Assembly (NCBI GenBank): GCA_022703585.1
Contig: JAKLDJ010000003.1
Coordinates: forward strand, 270,250 to 334,249
Origin: Candidatus Omnitrophota bacterium
GTDB taxonomy: Bacteria > Omnitrophota > Gorgyraeia > Zapsychrales > JAKLDJ01
DNA: 64,000 bases
Direction: 5' to 3'
Of the stretch, positions 1-8,388 are shown piece by piece (position 1 is the first letter of the stretch; each line of letters starts with the position of its first letter). Below the pieces are notes generated by a model. That model saw only the letters and a program-made list of their open reading frames with translations, searched no databases and was not told the DNA's origin. The position numbers were made by a program, and so were the translations under genes.

Positions 1-2
1 CG

Positions 3-29
3 TTGTTTGTGATTGAGCCGATGATGTAA
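3..29 (+). CDS. possible 3' end of an upstream gene (AccB/BCCP-like C-terminus ...LFVIEPMM*)
   Basis: Frame 3 reads L-F-V-I-E-P-M-M-stop. BCCP genes typically end in a hydrophobic-I-E motif and sit directly upstream of accC. Too short to verify. Confidence 0.15.
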   Translation: MFVIEPMM

Positions 30-119
30 ATTGTGGTTTCGGCATCTGAAGATTTTAAAAGAGCAGATTTCCTTTGATAATAATTCCGGCGAGAGCCGGA
101 TCTTACAGGATCAAAAATA

Positions 120-1481
120 ATGTTCTCAAAAGTTCTGATTGCCAACCGCGGAGAGATTGCCCTACGTATTATCCGTGCCTGTAAAGAACTCAATATCCGT
201 ACTGTTGCCGTCTATTCCCAAGCCGATCGAGATTCTCTCCATGTCCGTTTTGCCGATGAGGCTGTCTGCATCGGCGAACCCCCCAGCAAAGAAAGCTACC
301 TGAATATCCCCGCTATTATTTCGGCGGCAGAAATTACCGACGTGGAAGCCATTCATCCCGGTTACGGATTTTTAGCCGAGAATGCCCACTTTGCCGAGAT
401 TTGCGAGTCCTGCAATATCGTTTTTATCGGGCCAACCCCGCAGACAATTCGGTCCATGGGGGACAAGGTCGCGGCCCGGGAAACTATGCGCAAGATCGGA
501 GTGCCGGTCACGCCCGGCGGAAACAGTGTGGTCAAAACAAAAGAAGAGGCGTTAAAACTTGCCAAAAAGATTAAATATCCAGTTATCATTAAAGCCTCTG
601 CCGGCGGGGGCGGTAAGGGCATGCGCGTCTGCCATAACGATGTCAGCTTGGTGAGCTCTTTTACTATGGCGCAAAACGAAGCCGAAACCGCTTTTGGCAA
701 TCCGGATGTGTATATCGAAAAATATATTTCTGATCCGCGCCATATCGAATTTCAAATCATTGCCGATAATTACGGCCATATCATTCACCTGGGAGAACGG
801 GATTGCAGTATCCAGCGCCGCCATCAAAAGCTCCTGGAGGAATCCCCTTCGCCGGCGTTAAGCAGTAAATTAAGAAAGAAAATCGGCGAGCTGGCAGTGC
901 GCGGCGCGCGGGCGGTTAATTATCGGGGTGTGGGGACGATAGAGTTTTTGCTTGACGGGGATGAGGCTTTTTATTTTATGGAAATGAATACGCGTATTCA
1001 GGTCGAACACCCTGTTACCGAGATGGTTACGGGAATAGACCTGGTTAAAGAGCAAATCCGCATGGCGATGGGAGAGAAGCTTAAGATTAAGCAGGAAGAT
1101 GTTGTTATTAAGGGGGCGGCGATCGAATGCCGTATTAACGCCGAAGACCCCACGAATAATTTTATGCCGAGCCCGGGAAAAATCGAAACCCTCAATCTTC
1201 CCGGTGGATTCGGCGTGCGGGTGGATACCCATATTTATCCCGGATATACGATTGGGCCGTTTTATGATTCCATGGTGGCAAAACTGATTGTCCACGGCAA
1301 AAGCCGCGAAGAGGCTATCAAAACCATGGCGCGCGCCCTGGATGAATTTGAGGTTGGGCCGATAAAAACGACGATTGGCCTTCATAAAGAAATTTTGAGC
1401 CATCCGTTATTCCTTAAAGGAACGGTATCGACTCATTTCTTAGAAAAGATCAAGAAGAATGAAACGGAGCATAAGCCATGA
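120..1481 (+). CDS. accC: acetyl-CoA carboxylase, biotin carboxylase subunit
   Basis: 453 aa. N-terminal [18 protein letters not shown] and ATP-grasp motifs ([27 protein letters not shown]) match biotin carboxylases over the full length. Confidence 0.95.
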   Translation: MFSKVLIANRGEIALRIIRACKELNIRTVAVYSQADRDSLHVRFADEAVCIGEPPSKESYLNIPAIISAAEITDVEAIHPGYGFLAENAHFAEICESCNIVFIGPTPQTIRSMGDKVAARETMRKIGVPVTPGGNSVVKTKEEALKLAKKIKYPVIIKASAGGGGKGMRVCHNDVSLVSSFTMAQNEAETAFGNPDVYIEKYISDPRHIEFQIIADNYGHIIHLGERDCSIQRRHQKLLEESPSPALSSKLRKKIGELAVRGARAVNYRGVGTIEFLLDGDEAFYFMEMNTRIQVEHPVTEMVTGIDLVKEQIRMAMGEKLKIKQEDVVIKGAAIECRINAEDPTNNFMPSPGKIETLNLPGGFGVRVDTHIYPGYTIGPFYDSMVAKLIVHGKSREEAIKTMARALDEFEVGPIKTTIGLHKEILSHPLFLKGTVSTHFLEKIKKNETEHKP

Positions 1482-1843
1482 TGCGCGAGACACACGAAAA
1501 CAATCTCGATTTCGGTTCTATACAGATCCATAAAAAGGCTTTAGCGGATATCGCTGTTTCGGCTATCGACGACTTAGACGGTGTCATGCTGGCGCCGAGC
1601 AATTTTAAAAGTACAATGCTTTCCTTGTTCGGGTGTAAAAATTATACCGGTATCCATGTGACGATTGATAAAGATAATCAGGTGAGTATCGAGGCCAAGG
1701 TCTTGATCCGGTACGGCGTCAATATTCCCGAAATCGGCCGCAGAATCCAGGAGGCTGTCCGGACTGCCGTCGAAAGAATAGCGGATATTAATTTAAAAGA
1801 TATTCATGTCAATATTCAAGGCATAGAGAGGGGGAACCAATGA
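1478..1843 (+). CDS. Asp23/Gls24-family alkaline-shock (envelope stress) protein
   Basis: 121 aa. ATGA overlap with accC. Typical Asp23 layout ([15 protein letters not shown] ... VNIQGIE). accC followed by Asp23 (yqhY-like) is conserved synteny in Firmicutes. Confidence 0.75.
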   Translation: MMRETHENNLDFGSIQIHKKALADIAVSAIDDLDGVMLAPSNFKSTMLSLFGCKNYTGIHVTIDKDNQVSIEAKVLIRYGVNIPEIGRRIQEAVRTAVERIADINLKDIHVNIQGIERGNQ

Positions 1844-2451
1844 GATTTTTTACCGGGATAGGACTGCTGTTTTATGTGGCGACGATTACGATTCTCAGCA
1901 CGGCCGCCATTTTACTGGTAACGCATACTTTTCCTTTAGAAGAGATCGATAAGTATCTGGCGGTTGCGTATTCCGATAACCATATTCGGGCTATTGTGGG
2001 CGGGGTTGCCGCGGCGTTGATATTCTTAAGTTTTATCTTTGCCAGGATTATTTCCGGAGGGCGGCAGAAGGAGAGGACGATCGCGTTTGATAATCCCGCC
2101 GGGAGGGTCAGCGTCTCTTTAGGGGCGGTCGAAGATTTAGTCAGGCGCGTGATTTATAAAATCCCCGAGATCAAAGAAGTCAAATCGCATATTATCGCGA
2201 CCAAAAAAGGAATTGAAGTCGACATCCGACTTATCCTCAAGACCGATGTTAACATTCCCGACATGACGTCGAAACTTCAAGATTTAGTACGCAGCAGAAT
2301 CCAGGAAACTTTGGGTGTTGAGGAGACGGTGATTGTACGTATTCATGTTGCCAAGATTGTGACGGAGGATATTAAGTCGAAGCGCAGCAAGGCTGAATCC
2401 GAAGAAAAGAATTCTGATGCGGCTGTCCCTTTCCACGGGTATAGGATTTAG
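1840..2451 (+). CDS. AmaP-like membrane anchor for Asp23 (N-terminal TM segments plus C-terminal Asp23-like domain)
   Basis: 203 aa. Two N-terminal hydrophobic helices, then a domain repeating the Asp23 pattern (VSVSLGAVEDLVRRV...VDIRLILKTDVNIPD). Overlaps the upstream Asp23 gene. Confidence 0.5.
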   Translation: MRFFTGIGLLFYVATITILSTAAILLVTHTFPLEEIDKYLAVAYSDNHIRAIVGGVAAALIFLSFIFARIISGGRQKERTIAFDNPAGRVSVSLGAVEDLVRRVIYKIPEIKEVKSHIIATKKGIEVDIRLILKTDVNIPDMTSKLQDLVRSRIQETLGVEETVIVRIHVAKIVTEDIKSKRSKAESEEKNSDAAVPFHGYRI

Positions 2452-2481
2452 AATTTCAGAATTTAAGAAAGGCAAAACCCT

Positions 2482-3522
2482 ATGAAAAAAATAGGTATTT
2501 TGACGGGAGGCGCGGATTGCCCCGGCTTAAACTCGGTTATCCGGGCGGTAGTCCGAAAAGGCATGCAAGAGGGTTATGTGGTGACCGGCATCAAAAACGG
2601 CTGGACCGGTCTTATTGATAATGATATGCGCATCCTGGACTTGAAGGCTATTTCCGGCATCCTGGACCGCGGCGGTACTATTCTTGGAACAAGCCGGATG
2701 AACCCCCTTAAAGATCCCCAGACGGTTAAGGTGATGAAGGAGAATTATAAGCGCAGCGGTATTGATGCGTTGATTGCCGTCGGCGGCGAAGATACGCTGA
2801 CGGTTGCTTTTAAGATGCACCAGGAGGGCCTAAAAATCGTTGGGGTACCGAAGTCGATTGACAATGTTCTTTCGGGGACGGATTACACTTTTGGTTTTGA
2901 TACGGCGGTGAATATCGCCGCGGAATGTATTGATCGTCTGCATACAACCGCCGAAAGCCATCACCGGATTATGGTTGTCGAAGTTATGGGCCGCTATACG
3001 GGATGGGTGGCGGTGGAGGCCGGTATTGCCGGCGGCGCGGATTTTGTCCTGATCCCTGAGATGCCGATCAACATTCAGGAAGTCTGTGATGCGCTGCGCA
3101 ATCGCCATAAACGGGGCAAGACATTCAGCATTATTGTCGTTGCCGAAGGCGCGCAATTAAATGGCCGTTGCAGCAGCACCTGGAATGAGGATGAAAATAA
3201 TATTGACGATTTCGGGCATCGCCGTTACGGCGGTATCGGCGAGTTGCTTGCTAAAACGATTGAAAAAGATACCGGATACGAAACCAGGGTCAGTGTCTTG
3301 GGCCATATTCAGCGCGGGGGAAGCCCGAGCGCATTTGACCGGGTCTTAGGGACACGATTCGGGGTTAAGGCCGTTGACCTTGTCAAGGAGGGTAAATTCG
3401 GGAAAATGGTCAGCTTGCATTCCAACAAGATTCGTTATGTCGATATTGAAGAGGCGGTTAGTAAGCGCAAGACCGTTGATTTAGCCCTGTACGATATCGC
3501 CAAGGTATTTTTTGCGGAATAG
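2482..3522 (+). CDS. pfkA: 6-phosphofructokinase, predicted pyrophosphate-dependent (Asp104/Lys124 signature)
   Basis: 346 aa, PfkA family (MKKIGILTGGADCPGLN, MGRYTGW, HIQRGG). The nucleotide-specificity positions read GGEDT (E. coli GGDGS) and PKSIDN (E. coli PGTIDND), i.e. Asp104/Lys124, the pattern reported for PPi-PFKs. Confidence 0.85.
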   Translation: MKKIGILTGGADCPGLNSVIRAVVRKGMQEGYVVTGIKNGWTGLIDNDMRILDLKAISGILDRGGTILGTSRMNPLKDPQTVKVMKENYKRSGIDALIAVGGEDTLTVAFKMHQEGLKIVGVPKSIDNVLSGTDYTFGFDTAVNIAAECIDRLHTTAESHHRIMVVEVMGRYTGWVAVEAGIAGGADFVLIPEMPINIQEVCDALRNRHKRGKTFSIIVVAEGAQLNGRCSSTWNEDENNIDDFGHRRYGGIGELLAKTIEKDTGYETRVSVLGHIQRGGSPSAFDRVLGTRFGVKAVDLVKEGKFGKMVSLHSNKIRYVDIEEAVSKRKTVDLALYDIAKVFFAE

Positions 3523-4105
3523 GAATAGGCAGATGAAAGAATTAATAAAAAGAAGTTTTTTGGAATCGATTGAGGTTAACGAGAAGACCCTTAAGGCTAA
3601 TCTCGAGATTATTGTCCGTATGGTGCGCGAGATCACCAAGGCCTTAAGGAATGGCAATAAAATTATATTTTTCGGTAACGGCGGTTCCGCGGCGGACAGT
3701 CAGCACCTGGCGGCGGAGTTGATCGGGCGGTTTGAGAAGGAGAGAAGGTCTCTGGCGGCCATTGCCCTGACCACGGATACTTCGTCTCTTACGGCGCTGG
3801 GTAACGACTATGGTTTCGACGCGGTATTTGCGCGCCAACTACAGGGTTTAGGCCGGCGGGGAGATGTGGCCGTAGCCATTTCGACAAGCGGCAATTCGAA
3901 AAATGTTCTCGAAGCGGTCCGGCAAGCCCGCAAAATGGGCATTAAAGTTCTTTCTTTGACCGGTTGCGGCGGTGGTAAGCTTGCGTGTCTAAGTGACATC
4001 AGTTTAATTGTTCCGTCCCGCCGGACGGCGAGGATACAGGAGTCGCATATTTGTGCGGCCCATGTTATTTGTGAGCTTGTTGAAAAGAGTTTTCCTAAGA
4101 AATGA
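3512..4105 (+). CDS. gmhA: D-sedoheptulose-7-phosphate isomerase (SIS domain)
   Basis: 197 aa. SIS-domain motifs (GNGGSAADSQHLAAEL, ISTSGNS) characteristic of GmhA. Confidence 0.85.
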   Translation: MRNRNRQMKELIKRSFLESIEVNEKTLKANLEIIVRMVREITKALRNGNKIIFFGNGGSAADSQHLAAELIGRFEKERRSLAAIALTTDTSSLTALGNDYGFDAVFARQLQGLGRRGDVAVAISTSGNSKNVLEAVRQARKMGIKVLSLTGCGGGKLACLSDISLIVPSRRTARIQESHICAAHVICELVEKSFPKK

Positions 4106-4590
4106 ACGCGAAAACAAAAATTGTTTCGCTTGAGCGGCTAAAGAAAATTGTTTCGCTTCTTCGGCGGAAAAACAGAAAAATCGCTTTTACCAACGGCTGT
4201 TTTGACCTGGTGCATTTTGGCCATGTCAGTTATCTGACGGCTGCCAAAAAGAACAACCGTATTCTTGTTGTCGGGGTCAACAGTGATTCGTCGGTACGCC
4301 GGATAAAAGGGAAAACCAGGCCGATCACCCCGCAGCGCGCCCGGGCCGGGGTTTTGGCCGCGTTGGCTTGTGTCGATTATGTTGTTATTTTTAATGAAGA
4401 CACGCCCTATCGGGTGATTAAGGCTTTAAAACCCGATATCTTGATTAAAGGCGCCGATTGGCAAGGGAAAGAAATCGTGGGGCAGGATATTGTTGAATCT
4501 CACGGCGGCAAGATAGAACTTATAAAATATATTAATGGTTTTTCGACGAGCCGTATCATTGATCGGATTGTGAAAAATTGCGCCGGATAG
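4102..4590 (+). CDS. hldE: D-glycero-beta-D-manno-heptose-1-phosphate adenylyltransferase (HldE/RfaE domain II, stand-alone)
   Basis: 162 aa cytidylyltransferase fold with GCFDLVHFGHVSYL (HxGH motif). ATGA overlap with gmhA. No kinase domain I in this window. Confidence 0.85.
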   Translation: MNAKTKIVSLERLKKIVSLLRRKNRKIAFTNGCFDLVHFGHVSYLTAAKKNNRILVVGVNSDSSVRRIKGKTRPITPQRARAGVLAALACVDYVVIFNEDTPYRVIKALKPDILIKGADWQGKEIVGQDIVESHGGKIELIKYINGFSTSRIIDRIVKNCAG

Positions 4591-5000
4591 ATACAAAAGA
4601 TATCTTTCGCGTTGTTGACGCGAATGCCAATCGTTTAAAAGAAGGCTTACGCGTTTGCGAGGATATCAGCCGTTTCATCTTAAACGATACAGCGGCAACG
4701 CGGCAATACAAGGTTATCCGGCATAAACTTTCCAGCGCTGTCGTCAGCCTGTGCGGGTCGTACGCTTCTATCGTTCGCGTGCGCAATATCGAAGAGGACG
4801 TCGGAAAGAAAACAACAGCGTCCGAAATGCGCCGTAAGAGTGTTCAGGATATCTTTTATGCCAACTCGCAGCGCATTAAAGAATCCGTGCGGGTCTTAGA
4901 GGAGTTTGCGAAGCTCATTAACGAGAAGACGGCGTGTGATTTCAAGAAATTGCGTTACGCGATTTATGCCTTGGAAAAAAAGATTATTCGGAAACTATAA
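4578..5000 (+). CDS. hypothetical protein, ThiD2-like (N-terminal regulatory-type domain seen on some thiamine-phosphate synthases)
   Basis: 140 aa. Motif VVDANANRLKEGLRVCEDISRF recalled as ThiD2/ThiE N-domain-like. 13-nt overlap with hldE. Function unknown. Confidence 0.35.
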   Translation: MRRIDTKDIFRVVDANANRLKEGLRVCEDISRFILNDTAATRQYKVIRHKLSSAVVSLCGSYASIVRVRNIEEDVGKKTTASEMRRKSVQDIFYANSQRIKESVRVLEEFAKLINEKTACDFKKLRYAIYALEKKIIRKL

Positions 5001-5018
5001 GATAAGGATGCTTTTGAT

Positions 5019-5090
<72 letters not shown>

Positions 5091-5103
5091 TTTAAAAATT
5101 ATT

Positions 5104-5781
5104 ATGGGTTCTTTTAAGAGAAATATTCTTTCGTTATTTTTGGCTGCAGCGATGGTTCAGCTGTATGGTTGCGCTGCTGTCGAATACAAGACTCTCCCCG
5201 AGGCCGTCGAGCCTCCGCAGGGTATCTACCACAAAGTCCAGCCTAAAGAAACCCTCTGGCGAATCGCCAAGATGTATAACGTCGATATAGAAGACCTTAT
5301 TCGCTACAATAATATTCCTAATGCCGCTCGCATTGAGAAGGATCAGCTGATTTTTATTCCCGGGGCGAAACAATCAAGGGGGGCGGAGCCGGCAACAACC
5401 GTAGGTGCTGCCCGGGGTAATGATTTTGACTGGCCGGTTAAAGGGGATGTTGCTTTGTATTTCGGCGAGCAGCGGGACGGTTCGATGAATAACGGCGTGG
5501 ATATCCGCACTAGCGCCGGAGAGCCGGTGCGGGCCTCAAGGGACGGCAAGGTTGTTTTTGCCGATTACTTAGGCGGCTATGGCCAAACGATTATCTTAGA
5601 TCACGCGGATGGTTATTTTACAGTCTACGCGCAGAACGCAAATCTTACGGTAAAGCTGGGAGATTCGGTTGCCCAGGGGGCATTGATTGCTCGTGTCGGC
5701 GAACGCGCTCCCAAGGCTTCGTTGCATTTTGAAGTTAGAAAAGGCTCTCAAGCGGTAAATCCGTTATATTATTTGCCCTAA
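5104..5781 (+). CDS. NlpD-like lipoprotein: LysM domain plus degenerate M23/LytM domain (probable amidase activator)
   Basis: The track ORF begins at 5041 inside the tRNA. The start was moved to ATG 5104 (MGSFKRNILSLFLAAAMVQLYGC, lipobox). LysM (YHKVQPKETLWRIAKMYNV) and M23 fold are present, but the HxxxD and HxH positions read NGVD and HFE, a degenerate active site as in E. coli NlpD/EnvC. Confidence 0.7.
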   Translation: MGSFKRNILSLFLAAAMVQLYGCAAVEYKTLPEAVEPPQGIYHKVQPKETLWRIAKMYNVDIEDLIRYNNIPNAARIEKDQLIFIPGAKQSRGAEPATTVGAARGNDFDWPVKGDVALYFGEQRDGSMNNGVDIRTSAGEPVRASRDGKVVFADYLGGYGQTIILDHADGYFTVYAQNANLTVKLGDSVAQGALIARVGERAPKASLHFEVRKGSQAVNPLYYLP

Positions 5782-7416
5782 ATGATGACTGACTTTGAAA
5801 ATAATTTCTTTGACCGGAAAGCCGTCCTGGACCTGTTGCGAAGGCGTGTCCTGGACCTGAAAGAAGGGTACCGGCAAAATGTTGCCCTTTTAGGGGACCG
5901 GTTTATCGGGAAGAGTTCAATCCTGTCTAAATTCATGTCTGACCTGGATGATGACGGAGTGGTGACGATTTATCTGGACCTTGATTACAAGAATTATGAT
6001 TATCTTTTTGCCAAATTTACCGGAAGCCTTTTAAACGGTTTTTGCAGGGCCCAAAAACTTCCTCTTCATACGGACACCGCTCTGTTAATCGAAGAATCCA
6101 AGAAACTGATACCCAAAACAGCCGAACATATTAAGAAAATCCAGAATCTTCTCAGCCGTGCCAAATTGACGGAGGCCTACCGGGAGCTCATGGCCTTGCC
6201 GGAAACGTTTACCTTGGAATCGGGAAAATTCTGTATTATTATTCTCGACGAATTTCATCGGCTGGGAGATTTGCGCATACCCAATGCCTTTCAGGAGCTG
6301 GGTAAAAAAATCATGACCCAGCGGCGGTGCCTTTATATTGTGACCAGCTCGTACGGGACGGTGGCCAAAACAATTCTTTCGGAAAAGCTTTCGCTTTTGT
6401 TCGGTAACTTTGAAATTGTCTCCGTGGGCCCCTTTGATCTTAAGACCAGCCAGGAATTTATTGCCTATAACCTGAAGGATGTTCGCATCGGCGATAGCTT
6501 GAGAAATTTCTTGATTGATTTTACCGGAGGGCATCCGTTTTATCTTAATATCATCTGCCAGGAGTTGTCCGATTTAAGCGCGATCCACAAACAGGGCGAG
6601 GCATTCTTGCCGCTTTTGACCCAGGCGGTTGAGCGGACAATCTTTGATAAATGGGGAAGCTTGAGCCGGCATTTTGAGCTGATATTAAATTCTATTTGCC
6701 AGAATAAAGGCGGGCGCCTGATGCCCCTGCTGATGATTGCCCTGGCCAATGGTAAACATAAAATAGATGAGATTGCGCGCGAGGCGGGCTTGGTAAAAAA
6801 TATTACAACCCAGAAGATCAACCGTCTTATCGAGGCGGGGATTGTCGCTAAAAACGGTAATCTGTATTATATGCCGGACAAGCTTTTCAAATACTGGGTA
6901 AAGTATGTCTTCCAAAAAAGTTTTAAGTCTATCGACAGCCGGCCGCAGCAGAGGAAAAGCGAATTCCAGCAGGAGTTCAGCGGCCTGGTCAATGATTTTT
7001 ACGGTATTTCCCGCAAGGACCTTTCCAGCCGCATCGTCGAGCTTTTAAATTGTTTTGATGATGAGTTATTCAGTATCAACGGCAAGAAATATAAATTGTC
7101 TTCTTTCCAAGAAGTCGTTTCTTTGGGGCTCTCTGACCGGGGCGGCCGCGATCTTGACCTCTTAAAGGCATCGTCCACCCAGGGAGTTTGGTTTATTGCC
7201 TTAAAAGAAGGGATCCTCTCTGAGGCTGACGTGAATGCCTTTATGGACCAATCGAAAAAACTCAGGCAAAAGCCGCAGCGGCGGGTGATCATTTCACTCA
7301 ATGACCTTGATGTCAATACCCGGCTTAAGGCCCTTCAGGAGAAGATGTGGATTTGGAATGAGGAGGAGCTTAACACGCTCTTGAATCTCTACGATAAGCC
7401 GTATATTTTAAAATAG
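5782..7416 (+). CDS. Arch_ATPase-type (PF01637-like) P-loop NTPase with wHTH and a C-terminal DUF234-like domain
   Basis: 544 aa. Walker A GDRFIGKSS and Walker B IIILDEFH. Predicted wHTH (IDEIAREAGLVKNITTQKINRLIEAGIV) followed by a ~170-aa tail resembling DUF234. No TM segments. Confidence 0.6.
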   Translation: MMTDFENNFFDRKAVLDLLRRRVLDLKEGYRQNVALLGDRFIGKSSILSKFMSDLDDDGVVTIYLDLDYKNYDYLFAKFTGSLLNGFCRAQKLPLHTDTALLIEESKKLIPKTAEHIKKIQNLLSRAKLTEAYRELMALPETFTLESGKFCIIILDEFHRLGDLRIPNAFQELGKKIMTQRRCLYIVTSSYGTVAKTILSEKLSLLFGNFEIVSVGPFDLKTSQEFIAYNLKDVRIGDSLRNFLIDFTGGHPFYLNIICQELSDLSAIHKQGEAFLPLLTQAVERTIFDKWGSLSRHFELILNSICQNKGGRLMPLLMIALANGKHKIDEIAREAGLVKNITTQKINRLIEAGIVAKNGNLYYMPDKLFKYWVKYVFQKSFKSIDSRPQQRKSEFQQEFSGLVNDFYGISRKDLSSRIVELLNCFDDELFSINGKKYKLSSFQEVVSLGLSDRGGRDLDLLKASSTQGVWFIALKEGILSEADVNAFMDQSKKLRQKPQRRVIISLNDLDVNTRLKALQEKMWIWNEEELNTLLNLYDKPYILK

Positions 7417-7430
7417 CAGATATTCTTCTT

Positions 7431-7907
7431 ATGAAAATAGGCGTTGTTTCCGATACACACGCGAAATCTCTTCCGGCGCAGATGCTGGAAGATTTTAAAG
7501 GAGTGGATCTGATTCTTCACGCCGGGGATATTTGCTCTGCCCAGGATTTTGAACAGCTTAAATCGGTTGCGGAAGTGAAGGCGGTCTATGGCAACATGGA
7601 TGGGGCGGATATGCGCCAGATTCTCCCCCGGAGCCAGGTAATCCAATGCGGCAAGTTCTCGATCGGATTGTTTCACGGTGAAGGGGCGCCGGCGACACTG
7701 ATGGAAAGGGTTAAGGCTGAATTTAAAGATAAAAAAGTGGATGCGATTGTCTTTGGCCACTCGCATCATCCCATGAATGAAGTGATTGACGGGATTCTAT
7801 TTTTTAATCCCGGCAGCCCGAACGATAAGTCGTTTGCGCCGTTTTGCTCATACGGCATTCTTGAGCTGGACGATACGATTAAAGGAAAAATTATAAAGGT
7901 GAAATAG
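7431..7907 (+). CDS. YfcE/MJ0936-family metallophosphoesterase
   Basis: 158 aa. MKIGVVSDTHA, GDI, GNMD and GHSHHP metal-ligand motifs of the calcineurin-like phosphoesterase fold. Confidence 0.8.
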   Translation: MKIGVVSDTHAKSLPAQMLEDFKGVDLILHAGDICSAQDFEQLKSVAEVKAVYGNMDGADMRQILPRSQVIQCGKFSIGLFHGEGAPATLMERVKAEFKDKKVDAIVFGHSHHPMNEVIDGILFFNPGSPNDKSFAPFCSYGILELDDTIKGKIIKVK

Positions 7908-7908
7908 G

Positions 7909-8388
7909 ATGGATAAGCTCTGGGCTCCCTGGCGGGTGAAATACATTACCGGCTTAAGCAAGAAACAAAAGGGGTGCATTTTCTGCAAAATCTCCCGCGA
8001 TAAGAAGGACAGCCAAAATTATGTTATCTCTCGTTCCAAGCATTCATTTTCGGTCTTGAATATTTATCCGTATAATAACGGCCATATTTTGGTCGTTCCT
8101 TACCGGCACGTCGGTGATTTTGTTAATTTGAACAAAGAAGAAAAAGAAGACCTTTGGGGGCTTTTGGAAACGACAAAAAAGCTGCTTGATAAAGCCTTAA
8201 AACCATGCGGCTATAACGTGGGAATGAATATCGGCAAAATGGCCGGTGCGGGTTTTCCCAATCATATCCATATTCATATTGTTCCCCGTTGGAATGGCGA
8301 TGTCAATTTTATGCCCGTGACCGGCAATACCAAAGTCATCTCCCAATCCCTCCAGGCTCTTCTTAAGAGACTTAAAAAATGCAAGTAA
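7909..8388 (+). CDS. HIT-family nucleotide hydrolase/transferase
   Basis: 159 aa. CxxC zinc motif (CIFCKI) and histidine triad HIHIHIV. 1-nt gap from upstream gene. Confidence 0.8.
   Translation: MDKLWAPWRVKYITGLSKKQKGCIFCKISRDKKDSQNYVISRSKHSFSVLNIYPYNNGHILVVPYRHVGDFVNLNKEEKEDLWGLLETTKKLLDKALKPCGYNVGMNIGKMAGAGFPNHIHIHIVPRWNGDVNFMPVTGNTKVISQSLQALLKRLKKCK

Noticed and set aside
86-99. Small hairpin CCGGC-GAGA-GCCGG upstream of accC as a terminator or attenuator
   Set aside because: Only a 5-bp stem with no U tract. Insufficient to call; likely part of the accC 5' UTR.
3161-3349. 62-aa plus-strand ORF in an alternative frame within pfkA; similar small internal ORFs throughout the track
   Set aside because: Out-of-frame overlaps of confidently assigned genes, with no RBS and no motif.
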